NCBI GenBank assembly: GCA_018813685.1
Contig: JAHJAV010000018.1
Coordinates: forward strand, 9,576-73,575
Length of the DNA stretch: 64,000 nucleotides
Origin: Nanobdellota archaeon
GTDB taxonomy: Archaea; Nanobdellota; Nanobdellia; Woesearchaeales; JACPBV01
Direction: 5' to 3'
Within the stretch, counting starts at the first letter, position 1. Each line of letters begins with the position of its first letter. This document shows, piece by piece, positions 19,773 to 29,161 of this stretch. The notes beneath the pieces are model-generated. The model was not told the DNA's origin, made no database searches, and saw only the letters and a program-made list of their open reading frames with translations. The translations under genes were made by a program, and so were the position numbers.

Positions 19773-20266
19773 TAACCAAAGATGACCTTATAGCCTGGCT
19801 TAAATGTGTGGATAAAAAGCTTAAAAGAAAAATGACAATTATAGCAGTGGGGGGCACTGCAATGACTTTGATAGGGCTAAAATCTTCTACAAGGGATGTT
19901 GATTTTTGTCTCCACTCAGATGACAAAAACGAATTCAAGAAGGCAATTGATAACAAGTTTATAGTAGATTTATTTGTAGACGGCTATATTTTTTCAGAGC
20001 AATTACCCCCTGATTATCTAGAAAAATCTACCAAACTAATCGAGATGGAGCATATTGAATTAAGGGCATTGGACAAGGCAGATATAATAATAACCAAGGC
20101 AGCCAGGCTAAATGCTCGGGATGAAGAAGATATCAAGGCCCTAGCCAAATATGTAAACAAAGAAGAGCTTATCAAAAGATTTAATGATGTATTAGAAACA
20201 TATGCTGGAAACGAAGAAGATTTTAAATATCATTTTTCATTAATTGTCAAGCGGTTTTTTAATTAA
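19769..20266 (+). CDS. minimal nucleotidyltransferase (Pol-beta superfamily)
   Basis: VGGTAMTLIGLKSSTRDVDF matches the hG[GS]x9-13Dh[DE]h nucleotidyltransferase motif. Confidence 0.5.
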   Translation: MITKDDLIAWLKCVDKKLKRKMTIIAVGGTAMTLIGLKSSTRDVDFCLHSDDKNEFKKAIDNKFIVDLFVDGYIFSEQLPPDYLEKSTKLIEMEHIELRALDKADIIITKAARLNARDEEDIKALAKYVNKEELIKRFNDVLETYAGNEEDFKYHFSLIVKRFFN

Positions 20267-20276
20267 TGCTCTAGAC

Positions 20277-20537
20277 TTATCTTTCCAAGAAATCTTCAAT
20301 TTCTTTCTTTTTTTCTATATTGAGGGATATGTGAATTTCATGGGTTTTCATGTATTTATTGATAAAATCCAGCCTATATAATTCTTCCAGGGCATCTTTT
20401 GTTTCTTTTCTACCTATGAGATGTTTAGGCAGGCCTTTGAACAGGTTTCTTTCTTCTGTGTGAGATGCGCCCCATTTTGGCGGAGCAAAATTTCTTAGTT
20501 TTCTGATGAAGAATTTCTGCAGTGCTTTCTTTCCCAT
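20277..20537 (-). CDS. hypothetical small protein
   Basis: 86-aa basic ORF, no motif recognised. Confidence 0.3.
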   Translation of the reverse strand: MGKKALQKFFIRKLRNFAPPKWGASHTEERNLFKGLPKHLIGRKETKDALEELYRLDFINKYMKTHEIHISLNIEKKKEIEDFLER

Positions 20538-20631
20538 AATATTGGTAAATCCGAATTGATATTTTAATGTAGTGTATATTTTTGATACATTAGTGTTTCA
20601 AAACGAAACATTTAAATAATAGCATGGATTA

Positions 20632-20970
20632 ATGATTGATACAATGGAACAAACACTATTTGTAAAGTTCTTAGGAGATTCGCCTAAGATAAGAGTTTTG
20701 GACGTGCTTATAACAGGAAGAGAGCTAGATTACAGCATATCTGATATAGCCCAGCAGGCAGGAATAGGGAGGGCTACTTTCTACAGGATGATGGATGAGC
20801 TGTTAAAGAATAAGGTAATTATGCTTACGAGGAAATTTGGGAATATACAGCTTTACAAGCTAAACATAGAGAATGAATATGTAAAGGCACTTGTAAAGAT
20901 GTATGACAATATTGCAAAGGCAGCTTCTGAGAAAGAGATTAAACGGCAGAAAATGGTTTTGACGGTTTAA
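20632..20970 (+). CDS. winged-helix DNA-binding protein (paralog of 47364-47705)
   Basis: Shares GRELDYSISDIA..AGIGR.T..R....L....VI...R..GN..LY.LN.EN..VK with the second copy. Confidence 0.5.
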   Translation: MIDTMEQTLFVKFLGDSPKIRVLDVLITGRELDYSISDIAQQAGIGRATFYRMMDELLKNKVIMLTRKFGNIQLYKLNIENEYVKALVKMYDNIAKAASEKEIKRQKMVLTV

Positions 20971-20979
20971 ACATAGAAA

Positions 20980-21333
20980 TTATTTTTCTTCCTGTTCCAG
21001 TTCTGATACGATTTTCTTCAGCTTTGGCTTTAAGCTAGGGATTTCGGTTTTCATAGCTGACCAGACAAGGTTGTAGTCTATGCCAAAGTATGCATGAATC
21101 AATCTGTCCCTCATTCCAGCCATTGATTTCCATTGTATTTCTTTGTAATTATCCTTTATTTTAGAGGGTATATGCTTTGCGGCTTCTCCGATTATCTCAA
21201 ATTTTCTGATAACTGCACTGGATGTCTTTTCATCTGCTTTGAGCTCTTCAAGAGCCATACTGCCTACAAACTCTTCAATTGATTCCATGGCAGCGATAAT
21301 ATCCTTAATGAAAAGGTTATAATCTCTTTTCAT
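20980..21333 (-). CDS. hepT: HEPN-domain toxin HepT (DUF86)
   Basis: RDRLIHAYFGIDYNLVW contains the Rx4HxY HEPN motif. Confidence 0.75.
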   Translation of the reverse strand: MKRDYNLFIKDIIAAMESIEEFVGSMALEELKADEKTSSAVIRKFEIIGEAAKHIPSKIKDNYKEIQWKSMAGMRDRLIHAYFGIDYNLVWSAMKTEIPSLKPKLKKIVSELEQEEK

Positions 21334-21632
21334 ACCTTAACCACCTCTTTAAGGATATTATTTTTCAATTCAGGCCTTATGCCCCCTTCAGAAACAACAT
21401 CTACCTTAATCTTCAGCTTTTCTTCAAGATAATTTCCAAGCCCGACAAAATCAAATAGAGTTGCTTTTGGATTGAATTTTACGAGAATGTCCACATCGCT
21501 TGACTTTTTCTGCTGCCCCCTTGCATAAGAGCCGAATATGCCAAGTTCCCTGACTTTATACTTTTTTTTCAGTTCGCCTTTGCTTGAAGCAAGAAGCGCC
21601 TGGATCTGCTTTAATCTTTTCATTTTATCCAT
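21330..21632 (-). CDS. mntA: minimal nucleotidyltransferase antitoxin MntA
   Basis: GIFGSYARGQQKKSSDVDILV (GSx9-13DxD). 4-bp overlap with hepT. Confidence 0.8.
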   Translation of the reverse strand: MDKMKRLKQIQALLASSKGELKKKYKVRELGIFGSYARGQQKKSSDVDILVKFNPKATLFDFVGLGNYLEEKLKIKVDVVSEGGIRPELKNNILKEVVKV

Positions 21633-21685
21633 ATAATGCGCTGAAAGGATTAGCCTTATTTAATCTTTTTGTTTCTTAATGCCCT

Positions 21686-21707
21686 AGAATTCTTTCGAAC
21701 TTTAATG
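21686..21707. repeat. 22-bp direct repeat, copy 1 (partial duplicate of the 3' end of gene 22509-22805)
   Basis: agaattctttcGaactttaatg. On the minus strand it reads ...TLKFERILGH stop, mirroring the LKFERILEH stop end of the intact gene. Confidence 0.6.
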
Positions 21708-21773
21708 TTACATAATCGATATTTTCTGGTTTGCAGCTGAACATTTATATATAAGCCAGCCCCATAGGTATTT

Positions 21774-22130
21774 ATGAACATATTTTTGGTTAGAAGGGTA
21801 AGAAAGTTTGTAAAGCAAAACAGAATACAGACTACTAAAGATTTTAGAAAGGATTTTTACAATCATAAATTTGATGAAAAAGATATTAAAGAGACATTAA
21901 TAAAAGGGGTTCATCTTAAAAATAGTGAATTATACCCTAATCCTGAAAGGTATGTATCAAAATTTTATGCTATAAACCAAATTTTTATGAGGCATATCCT
22001 GATTGGATATGATATCTATAAAGACCATATAACCCTGATACATACAAGCCCAGCAGGCAATTGGGAGATAAACCAATACAAAAAAGAGAGACGATTACTA
22101 AAACGGGGATTTATAGGACTTTTCCTTTAA
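21774..22130 (+). CDS. hypothetical protein inside the DR-bounded cassette (possible toxin-like)
   Basis: 118-aa ORF convergent with, and overlapping by 20 bp, the zinc-ribbon gene. Confidence 0.35.
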   Translation: MNIFLVRRVRKFVKQNRIQTTKDFRKDFYNHKFDEKDIKETLIKGVHLKNSELYPNPERYVSKFYAINQIFMRHILIGYDIYKDHITLIHTSPAGNWEINQYKKERRLLKRGFIGLFL

Positions 22131-22440
22131 AGAATTCTATTTCATGGGTTGGAGAAATAAAACAACCTTTGATCTTTGCCCATAAGGAAGGATGCAATTC
22201 CTTTCTAACCCTTTCTGCTTCTTTTAAAGATGAAAATGTTTCTCCGCATTTTTTACATTCTAGGACTTCAATAGGAATACTTTTTCCCCCAGACATAACT
22301 ATATCTTTGGTCTCTACTAAATTCCCTTTGCAGAAATCACAAACTCTCTTTTTTTTCAAGTTGATGCACCTCTTGATAGATTTACCTAGATTGAAACTAT
22401 TTAAATCTTTCTTTATATCGGTTCTTTTTGTATTTGACAT
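22111..22440 (-). CDS. YgiT/MqsA-type zinc-ribbon protein (antitoxin-like, no HTH)
   Basis: CDFCKGNLVETKDIVMSGGKSIPIEVLECKKCGETFSSLKEAE matches the YgiT-type zinc-finger pattern C-x2-C ... C-x2-CGE. Confidence 0.5.
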   Translation of the reverse strand: MSNTKRTDIKKDLNSFNLGKSIKRCINLKKKRVCDFCKGNLVETKDIVMSGGKSIPIEVLECKKCGETFSSLKEAERVRKELHPSLWAKIKGCFISPTHEIEFFKGKVL

Positions 22441-22508
22441 TTTATGTTAGTATTTTAGGGTAGTGATTGTTATATAAAAATCTTTCTAAATTTATGTTTC
22501 TCTAATGG

Positions 22509-22805
22509 TCAATGCTCAAGAATTCTTTCAAACTTTAATGCGCGTTCTCTTAAACATTCTTTTTTGGCTGTTGCTGCAAATGACTTATAGACTTCGCCTT
22601 TGAACTTGCAGGCTAAAGGGTTGTTGCAGAGGTTGATTATACCTGTGATGCCTGTCATGTACTGGCATGTTTCTTTTGTGTTTAGGGAATTGATGTAATG
22701 GTCGGAATCTTCCTGTTTCTCGTGAAGAAGATTTTGTATTTTTAACTCTCTAAAAGAATGCTGCCTATCTTTAATCCTTTCAAGACTAGCCTGTAAATCC
22801 GGCAT
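22509..22805 (-). CDS. hypothetical protein (98 aa)
   Basis: ORF whose last 9 codons plus stop are duplicated about 840 bp away. Confidence 0.4.
   Translation of the reverse strand: MPDLQASLERIKDRQHSFRELKIQNLLHEKQEDSDHYINSLNTKETCQYMTGITGIINLCNNPLACKFKGEVYKSFAATAKKECLRERALKFERILEH
22524..22545. repeat. 22-bp direct repeat, copy 2 (encodes the C-terminus of gene 22509-22805)
   Basis: agaattctttcAaactttaatg, 21/22 identical to copy 1. Confidence 0.6.
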
Positions 22806-22951
22806 CTATACACCCCCTATTCTTTGCAATATAGCAAGTAATTGGTATATTTAAAGGTTGCGGAATTGGGGTGGGAAAAGAGTAAAAATTGGGTTTGGTA
22901 GGTGTTAAATTCAATAAAATTTCCATTTCTGAATGATAAAAACAGCGGAGT

Positions 22952-23797
22952 TCAGTGCTTCGCATATTGAGAATTCCTAACAACTGTAGCTGCCAAATGG
23001 AAAGATTGATCTTGTGTCGCAAACCAATATACTTTTCGAGACAGGGGATTTTCCTCATGAAAGTAACTCAAAGCTTGAGCTGATTCATCACATCTAACCA
23101 CGAGTTCATCTCCAAATAGCCTATTCCTTGGTATTACCACATCATGAGCGCCAGGTGTGATTATATTCGGTTTCACATTTCTTCGAAAATATTCTGATGC
23201 TCCATTTGGATCCACCATTCTATGTATGTTTTCATACTCTATTCTATTCATTGTTCTTACAGCACCATCTATAAAAAAATCCTTTGTTCCATGGGCTGGA
23301 AACGCATTAGATGGGGGAGTAGCATTCATATCAACTCGAAAACCAACTGCCGATTCAGGGGGTATATCTCCAATATGAAACAGAGTATAAGCAGGAATTG
23401 TTTTTTCAGGATCATAATGCTCAAGTGGAAAATCTCTCTCATCTAATCCATTAAGAAGCACCACATGGATTGGATTTTCATCCAAAGCAAATACGCCCCT
23501 TCGTGTAAGAAAATCAACCTGACCACCAAGAAATTTAATCCTTCCATTATACAATTGATCCAATATTAGGGTGAGATCTCCTTGATGGTGAAATGATTGG
23601 AGAGTAGCTTGAGCTTGCCCTTCACTCACCAGAAAAAGTTCCTGACTTACACCAGCCGGATTTCGGGCAATCACATCTAATACTTGATGTAATCTTCTTT
23701 CTTGAATATGATACATAAGCGATTCTGTAACCTGTGGAATTGCAATCCTAACAGATGGATCTGCATTTCGTTCACTACCAGTAAAGATTACAGCCAT
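22952..23797 (-). CDS. hypothetical protein with atypical (higher GC, low Lys/Ile) composition
   Basis: 281-aa ORF whose codon usage is visibly different from neighbours. No confident family assignment; likely horizontally acquired. Confidence 0.45.
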   Translation of the reverse strand: MAVIFTGSERNADPSVRIAIPQVTESLMYHIQERRLHQVLDVIARNPAGVSQELFLVSEGQAQATLQSFHHQGDLTLILDQLYNGRIKFLGGQVDFLTRRGVFALDENPIHVVLLNGLDERDFPLEHYDPEKTIPAYTLFHIGDIPPESAVGFRVDMNATPPSNAFPAHGTKDFFIDGAVRTMNRIEYENIHRMVDPNGASEYFRRNVKPNIITPGAHDVVIPRNRLFGDELVVRCDESAQALSYFHEENPLSRKVYWFATQDQSFHLAATVVRNSQYAKH

Positions 23798-23965
23798 ATT
23801 CCTAATAAGATTGAAACAGACTAATAAATCTTTTGGTTTTTTCCGTCACTCCTATCTATCAAAGGTTGGGCCTTACCAAAATATTGCTGAAAACTCCCCC
23901 TGACTACTTGTTATTGATGTGACACTTGGCTTAATATAAAGAACTGAACTCCCCCTAAAAATATA

Positions 23966-23982
23966 GTCTGCCTTCGGCAGAA
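23966..23982 (-). terminator. UUCG-tetraloop hairpin downstream of leuS
   Basis: ctgcc-ttcg-ggcag stem-loop followed on the minus strand by a T-rich tract. Confidence 0.4.
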
Positions 23983-24038
23983 TTGATTGGAAATGGAAAT
24001 TTTACTTTTCGGAACGAAATTTAACAAAAATCCTTAAC

Positions 24039-26699
24039 TTACTCAACCAAAATCGCCGGCTTAGAAGGCGCTGCGTTTCCTGCCTTAGCTTCTTTGCTGT
24101 CTTCTGCTTTTTCAATCTCTATAGTGCAATTAAACTCCTTAGAAATCAATTCTTTGCTTTCTACTAGGTCTTTGAATTCGATTTCCTGACTTAAGACTTC
24201 TGAAGGTATTTTAGAAGGGTCTTTAAGTAAGGATGGAATTATTTTTGAAATGTCATTGCCGTGTTTCTTTAGGTCTGGGTTGGATAAGCATGCTGTCATC
24301 AGCTGTTTCATATCACGAGTTTTCTCTAGCTCTTTCTTGAAGATGTTAAAGAATGAATACTTCCATTTGGGTGAAACTATCAGTTTGATGCTTTTGGGAT
24401 TCTCTACCTTTATTAGTTTCAAAACATTGGCTATGTCTGATATTGTTTTTGAAATCATCTCTTCAAGGGCTTCTAGTTTAGAGTCTATCTTACTTTTGTC
24501 AAACTCAGGCCATTTTGCCAAAGAGCAGAATGGCTTATTGCCTAAATAAGACCATAATTCCTCACATATATGCGGTGTAAATGGGCTCATCAATAAAACT
24601 AATTTAGAAGCAGATTCTTTTGAGATGGTCTCTCTGTTATTAAGCCAATTGGTAAACTGCATAAGGGAGATTATTGCTTTGTTAAAGAGCATCTCACTTA
24701 AATATTCAGTTACTTCTTTTATTGTCTTGTTAAGTTTGCTTGCTTCTTTTGCATCTATTGCAGAAACAATCTTCTTTTCAGAAATAAGAGAATAAAACTT
24801 ATTCAAAAATCTAAAGCTGCCTTCAATGCCTTCATCGCTCCATTCCATGTCCTTGTCAGGAGAAGCTACAAAAAGTAAGAATAATCGAGCAGTATCAATG
24901 CCATATTTTGCACCAATCTCTTCTGGAACAACAACATTGCCTTTGCTTTTGGACATTACAATGCCTTCCTTATGGAGCATGCCCTGGTTAAACAATCTAG
25001 GACAAGGTTCATCTATCTTAAGCAAGCCTAAATCCCTGAAGAATTTTGTAAAGAATCTAAAATAGATCAGATGCATTGTAGCGTGCTCTTTTCCGCCTAT
25101 GTACATGTCAATAGGCATCCAATAAGCTGCTTTTTTAGGATCAAATGGCTGTTTATCATTCTTGGAATCACAATAACGAAGGAAATACCATGAAGAATCT
25201 ACAAAAGTGTCCATTGTGTCTGTTTCTCTTTTAGCTTTTCCTTTGCATTTAGGACAAACAGTATTAACAAAATCTGTGCAATGCTCTAAAGGATTTCCTT
25301 CTCCTGCTGTAAACTTAAAATCATCAGGAAGCTTAACAGGCAAATCATTTTCAGGAATAGGAACTATGCCACATTTAGAGCAATAAACTATTGGAATTGG
25401 ACAGCCCCAAAATCTTTGCCTGGAAATCAACCAATCACGAAGCTTATACTGAGTTGTTGCTTTTCCACATTTGTATTTTTCAAAGAATTTTATTATAGAA
25501 GGAATCGCTTCTCTATTGTTGCTTCCATCAAATTCCTGAGAATTAACCATGTTTCCATCGCCAATGTAAGCACGGCCCATCTTTTCTGGATTTAGATCAT
25601 AATCAGGGGGATTTATTACAATTTTAATCGGAATCTTATATTTTTTAGCAAATTCAAAATCTCTTTGGTCATGAGCAGGCACGGCTATGATAGCGCCTGC
25701 ACCATATTCGTAAAGGACAAAATTAGCGATATAGATTGGAATCTTTTCTTTAGTAACTGGATTTATTGCATATTTTCCTATAAACACACCTTCTTTTTCC
25801 TTGTCTTCTGCTGTTCTTGAAAACCTATCTTCAAGAACAACTTTTTTTATGAAATCTTTTACATCTTTTTCATATTTTGTGCCTTTAACCAATTCAGTAA
25901 CATCAGGGTGTTCAGGAGCATAAACCAAGAAAGTGATGCCAAAGAATGTATCAGGACGGGTAGTAAACACTGTAAGTACTTTATCTGAACCGTCTATCTT
26001 AAAGTCAATAAGAGCGCCTTCACTTTTGCCCATCCAATTGCGCTGCATCAATTTAACGTCTTCTGACCATCCTTTTAATTTGTCAATATCATTGAGCAAT
26101 TCTTCTGCATAGTTTGTTATCTTAAAGAACCATTGGTCTAAATCCTTTATTTCTACAGGAGTGTCTTCATGGCGCCAGCATTTTCCATCATGAACCTGCT
26201 CATTTGCTAAAACAGTGCTGCATTTTGGGCACCAGTTAACAGCTGATCTTCTTTTATAGACTAATCCTTTTTCATACATCTTTAAGAAAATCCACTGGTC
26301 CCATCTGTAGTAAGAAGGATCATGTGACATTAAAACTCTAGACCAATCATAGCTTAAGCCAAGAGCTTTCTGCTGCCTTATAAAATTCTTTATAGCTTCT
26401 TCTGTGAATATTTTAGGATGTGATTTTGCTTTTATAGCTGCGTTTTCAGCTGGCAATCCAAAAGAATCATAGCCCATCGGATAAAGGACATTAAAGTTAT
26501 TCATCCTTTTGTATCGTGCAAATGCATCGCCAATGCAATAATTACGGGCATGGCCCATATGTAATCCAGAACCGGATGGGTAAGGGTACATCTCAAGAAC
26601 ATAACATTTTTTCTTTTTATAGTCTTCATGAACTTCAAATATCTTTGAAGATTCCCATTCTTTCTGCCATTTAACTGCTATCTCGTTGAAATTAACCAT
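24039..26699 (-). CDS. leuS: leucyl-tRNA synthetase (archaeal type)
   Basis: HMGHARNY (HIGH) and VMSKSKGN (KMSKS) motifs. Acidic/Lys-rich C-terminal tail. Confidence 0.9.
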   Translation of the reverse strand: MVNFNEIAVKWQKEWESSKIFEVHEDYKKKKCYVLEMYPYPSGSGLHMGHARNYCIGDAFARYKRMNNFNVLYPMGYDSFGLPAENAAIKAKSHPKIFTEEAIKNFIRQQKALGLSYDWSRVLMSHDPSYYRWDQWIFLKMYEKGLVYKRRSAVNWCPKCSTVLANEQVHDGKCWRHEDTPVEIKDLDQWFFKITNYAEELLNDIDKLKGWSEDVKLMQRNWMGKSEGALIDFKIDGSDKVLTVFTTRPDTFFGITFLVYAPEHPDVTELVKGTKYEKDVKDFIKKVVLEDRFSRTAEDKEKEGVFIGKYAINPVTKEKIPIYIANFVLYEYGAGAIIAVPAHDQRDFEFAKKYKIPIKIVINPPDYDLNPEKMGRAYIGDGNMVNSQEFDGSNNREAIPSIIKFFEKYKCGKATTQYKLRDWLISRQRFWGCPIPIVYCSKCGIVPIPENDLPVKLPDDFKFTAGEGNPLEHCTDFVNTVCPKCKGKAKRETDTMDTFVDSSWYFLRYCDSKNDKQPFDPKKAAYWMPIDMYIGGKEHATMHLIYFRFFTKFFRDLGLLKIDEPCPRLFNQGMLHKEGIVMSKSKGNVVVPEEIGAKYGIDTARLFLLFVASPDKDMEWSDEGIEGSFRFLNKFYSLISEKKIVSAIDAKEASKLNKTIKEVTEYLSEMLFNKAIISLMQFTNWLNNRETISKESASKLVLLMSPFTPHICEELWSYLGNKPFCSLAKWPEFDKSKIDSKLEALEEMISKTISDIANVLKLIKVENPKSIKLIVSPKWKYSFFNIFKKELEKTRDMKQLMTACLSNPDLKKHGNDISKIIPSLLKDPSKIPSEVLSQEIEFKDLVESKELISKEFNCTIEIEKAEDSKEAKAGNAAPSKPAILVE

Positions 26700-26812
26700 A
26701 AGAACCCAGAAATAAGAATTACTTTAAATTCTTTATGGTTAGGGTGATATAGTTACAAGCCGAATAAAGAAAGATTTGAATTCAAAAAGAGAAAAATAAA
26801 AGTAAATATATC

Positions 26813-27010
26813 TTAAACTTTCTTAAACTGAGCTGCAATATCTATCAGATCTACATGACCTAAGAATAATGCTCTGCAGCAATATCTTTCTAAGCCAAGC
26901 TCGTCCATTACTTTTTTCCTGTCTTCGCCTTTCTTGACCCTTTCCAAATACTCTTCCCATAAATGACCAACTGGCTTTCCGCATGAAAAACATCTGACTG
27001 GTATTATCAT
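26813..27010 (-). CDS. rpoN: DNA-directed RNA polymerase subunit N (Rpb10)
   Basis: MIIPVRCFSCGK...CCRALFLGHVDLID. Confidence 0.85.
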   Translation of the reverse strand: MIIPVRCFSCGKPVGHLWEEYLERVKKGEDRKKVMDELGLERYCCRALFLGHVDLIDIAAQFKKV

Positions 27011-27017
27011 TTTTTGT

Positions 27018-27419
27018 TCACCTGTATGATTTTTGTCTTTTTGCTCTTGCCTGTCCGTGCCTGTTAGGCTTTGAAGATTCTTTTCTTCTTATGTCTGCAA
27101 CAAGAAGCTGCCTGTCATATTTTAAAAATCTTTCCTTTAGACGCTCGCTTTTTGTGTGCTCGACTAAAGCTCTTGCAATAGCTAATCTTGAAGCTTCTGC
27201 CTGTGAAGCTATTCCGCCGCCGAAAACATTTACATCTATATCAATGCTATCAACTACTTCTCCTGCCAATAACAAAGGCTCTCTAAGCCTAAGCCTATAC
27301 ATCTTTGGCCCATAAAAATCTAGTAATATATTATTAATCCTAATCTTCCCTTTACCCTGCCTAAGGGTTGCTCTTGCGATTGCCCTTTTTCTTTTGCCTG
27401 AAACAACTATTGTTTTCAT
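27018..27419 (-). CDS. rps9: 30S ribosomal protein S9 (uS9)
   Basis: C-terminal ARAKRQKSYR. Confidence 0.9.
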   Translation of the reverse strand: MKTIVVSGKRKRAIARATLRQGKGKIRINNILLDFYGPKMYRLRLREPLLLAGEVVDSIDIDVNVFGGGIASQAEASRLAIARALVEHTKSERLKERFLKYDRQLLVADIRRKESSKPNRHGQARAKRQKSYR

Positions 27420-27832
27420 AATTTTCCACCCAACTTAATGCAGATATCTTTGACTGTAGTATATTTCATGATAGAAAGTTTTGAAATGTCCATCCCAGTC
27501 AGTTTTTCTGCCTGTTTGCCCTTAAAGTTTTCAGGAATCCCTATATAGCATCTTATCCTCTTCAGTGCTTTTTTTCCGCTGTCTTTTGAAGAAGGCAGCA
27601 TGCCTTTTATTGTTCTTTTTACAATAGTATCCGGCCTTCTATATGTAAAAGGACCTTTTGCTCTTGAGCCCCTCTCTAAACTATGATTGTAAATCTCTAA
27701 AGTAGTTGTTTTATTTCCTGATACTACTGCGTTTTCGCAGTTGATTATGCTTATACTTTCTCCTAATAAAGCATGTTTTGCTGCAAAACTTGCAAGCCTT
27801 CCCAATATTTGATTTGTTGCGTCTAGTATCAT
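27416..27832 (-). CDS. rpl13: 50S ribosomal protein L13 (uL13)
   Basis: MILDATNQILGRLAS N-terminus. Confidence 0.9.
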   Translation of the reverse strand: MILDATNQILGRLASFAAKHALLGESISIINCENAVVSGNKTTTLEIYNHSLERGSRAKGPFTYRRPDTIVKRTIKGMLPSSKDSGKKALKRIRCYIGIPENFKGKQAEKLTGMDISKLSIMKYTTVKDICIKLGGKL

Positions 27833-27836
27833 TTTA

Positions 27837-28199
27837 TTATCCTATGATTCTTATCCTTTTGCCTTTTGGGCTTTCTTTTATCAATTCGTTAAGAGGAATT
27901 ATCTTTGAACCATTCTTAGCTATCTTTTCAGCTGCCCCTTCTGAGAACTGGTAAGCAGATATTGTAAGCTTATGTTCAAGGATTCCTGAACCTAAAACCT
28001 TTCCAGGAACAACTATGGTTTCATTTTCTTTTGTAAAATTATTAAGTTTAGACAAATTTACAATAGTCCTTTTTCTAGTAGGCCTTTCCAGATCTGAAGC
28101 TACCTTGTACCAGATATTTGCTTTCTGATCTATTGATCTCTTCTTCAGTTCTGCTATCAATCCCTTTAATACAGGGTTTGTTGTTCCAGTTGGTTTCAT
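27837..28199 (-). CDS. rpl18e: 50S ribosomal protein L18e
   Basis: L18e family similarity; position in the conserved operon. Confidence 0.8.
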   Translation of the reverse strand: MKPTGTTNPVLKGLIAELKKRSIDQKANIWYKVASDLERPTRKRTIVNLSKLNNFTKENETIVVPGKVLGSGILEHKLTISAYQFSEGAAEKIAKNGSKIIPLNELIKESPKGKRIRIIG

Positions 28200-28223
28200 T
28201 TTGTTTAGATTATGAATATTTTA

Positions 28224-28309
28224 TGCGAGGGACGGGATTCGAACCCGCGCAGGCACTAAGCCATACGGCCCTCGACCGTATCCGTTTGACCAGGCTCCGG
28301 CACCCTCGC
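28224..28309 (-). tRNA. tRNA-Leu (anticodon GAG), type II with long variable arm
   Basis: Minus-strand read: gcgaggg acceptor; anticodon stem tacgg/ccgta with loop tcGAGgg; T-arm gcggg-ttcgaat-cccgt; 86 nt. Confidence 0.85.
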
Positions 28310-28351
28310 AATGTTGAGACGCCATAAATTGGCTTTGCCAATTTAATGTCA

Positions 28352-29161
28352 CTACGAGAGCTTTGCTTCCTTGAGCTTTTCTGAAAAGTCATCCAGTTTT
28401 GCATTCAATATTTTTGAGGCTTCTATTAGGATTGCCTTGCAATCGAGCTGGCCCCATGACTCTAATGTGAATATAAAATCATCTGTTCCTGCCACAGTTA
28501 TTGCATCTTTTGGACATGATTCAATGCACGCATTACAAAGATGACAATCCATAAGGTGATCTTTTGAGACAACTACCTTGTTATCTTTTATCTCTAAAGT
28601 TTTTGTAGGACACTGCTCTATACATTTTCCGCAGCCATCGCACTTTTTCAAATCTATTTCAACTGAAGGCTTGTTCTTGTAATAAACATGGCCTGGTGAC
28701 CATTTTACATGCTCTTTTCCTTTTCCAAGAACAGCTGTTGCTTCAAGCTCTAATACCTGATTCTTAAGTAATTTTACAATAGGCATTTTTGGGAAAACAG
28801 GCTTTATTGAAGCATCTCTTGTGTGCATCTCAGAAGCATAAACAATCCCAGGGCCTTTTGCCTTCAATGTAAGTTTTAGCTGGCATCTTGCACATCCCTT
28901 ACCTTCACACTTACATTCAGATGGAATGTTATATGATTTTAAATCTGTTGATAGAGGCAATAATCCTAACCTGTGCGCAATCATCTCGTCGTATAATATC
29001 GAATTGTTTTTCCTGAATTCGACTTCTTCAACAGCCATTACAGGCACTTCTTCTATTATTGTTCTTCTCAATATGTTTGCAAATGAAGGTGTAGACTTAA
29101 CCAAAACAAATGAAACCTTATTTGTTTCCTTATCCTGTTCCAACAGCCTTAATTCAATCAT
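28352..29161 (-). CDS. rpoD: DNA-directed RNA polymerase subunit D with 4Fe-4S cluster domain
   Basis: RpoD/Rpb3 fold plus [12 protein letters not shown] ferredoxin-like insert. Confidence 0.9.
   Translation of the reverse strand: MIELRLLEQDKETNKVSFVLVKSTPSFANILRRTIIEEVPVMAVEEVEFRKNNSILYDEMIAHRLGLLPLSTDLKSYNIPSECKCEGKGCARCQLKLTLKAKGPGIVYASEMHTRDASIKPVFPKMPIVKLLKNQVLELEATAVLGKGKEHVKWSPGHVYYKNKPSVEIDLKKCDGCGKCIEQCPTKTLEIKDNKVVVSKDHLMDCHLCNACIESCPKDAITVAGTDDFIFTLESWGQLDCKAILIEASKILNAKLDDFSEKLKEAKLS

Noticed and set aside
28118-28404. ORFs 28118-28327 (+) and 28210-28404 (-) in the six-frame track
   Set aside because: They overlap the tRNA-Leu(GAG) gene and GC-rich tRNA sequence, so they are spurious.
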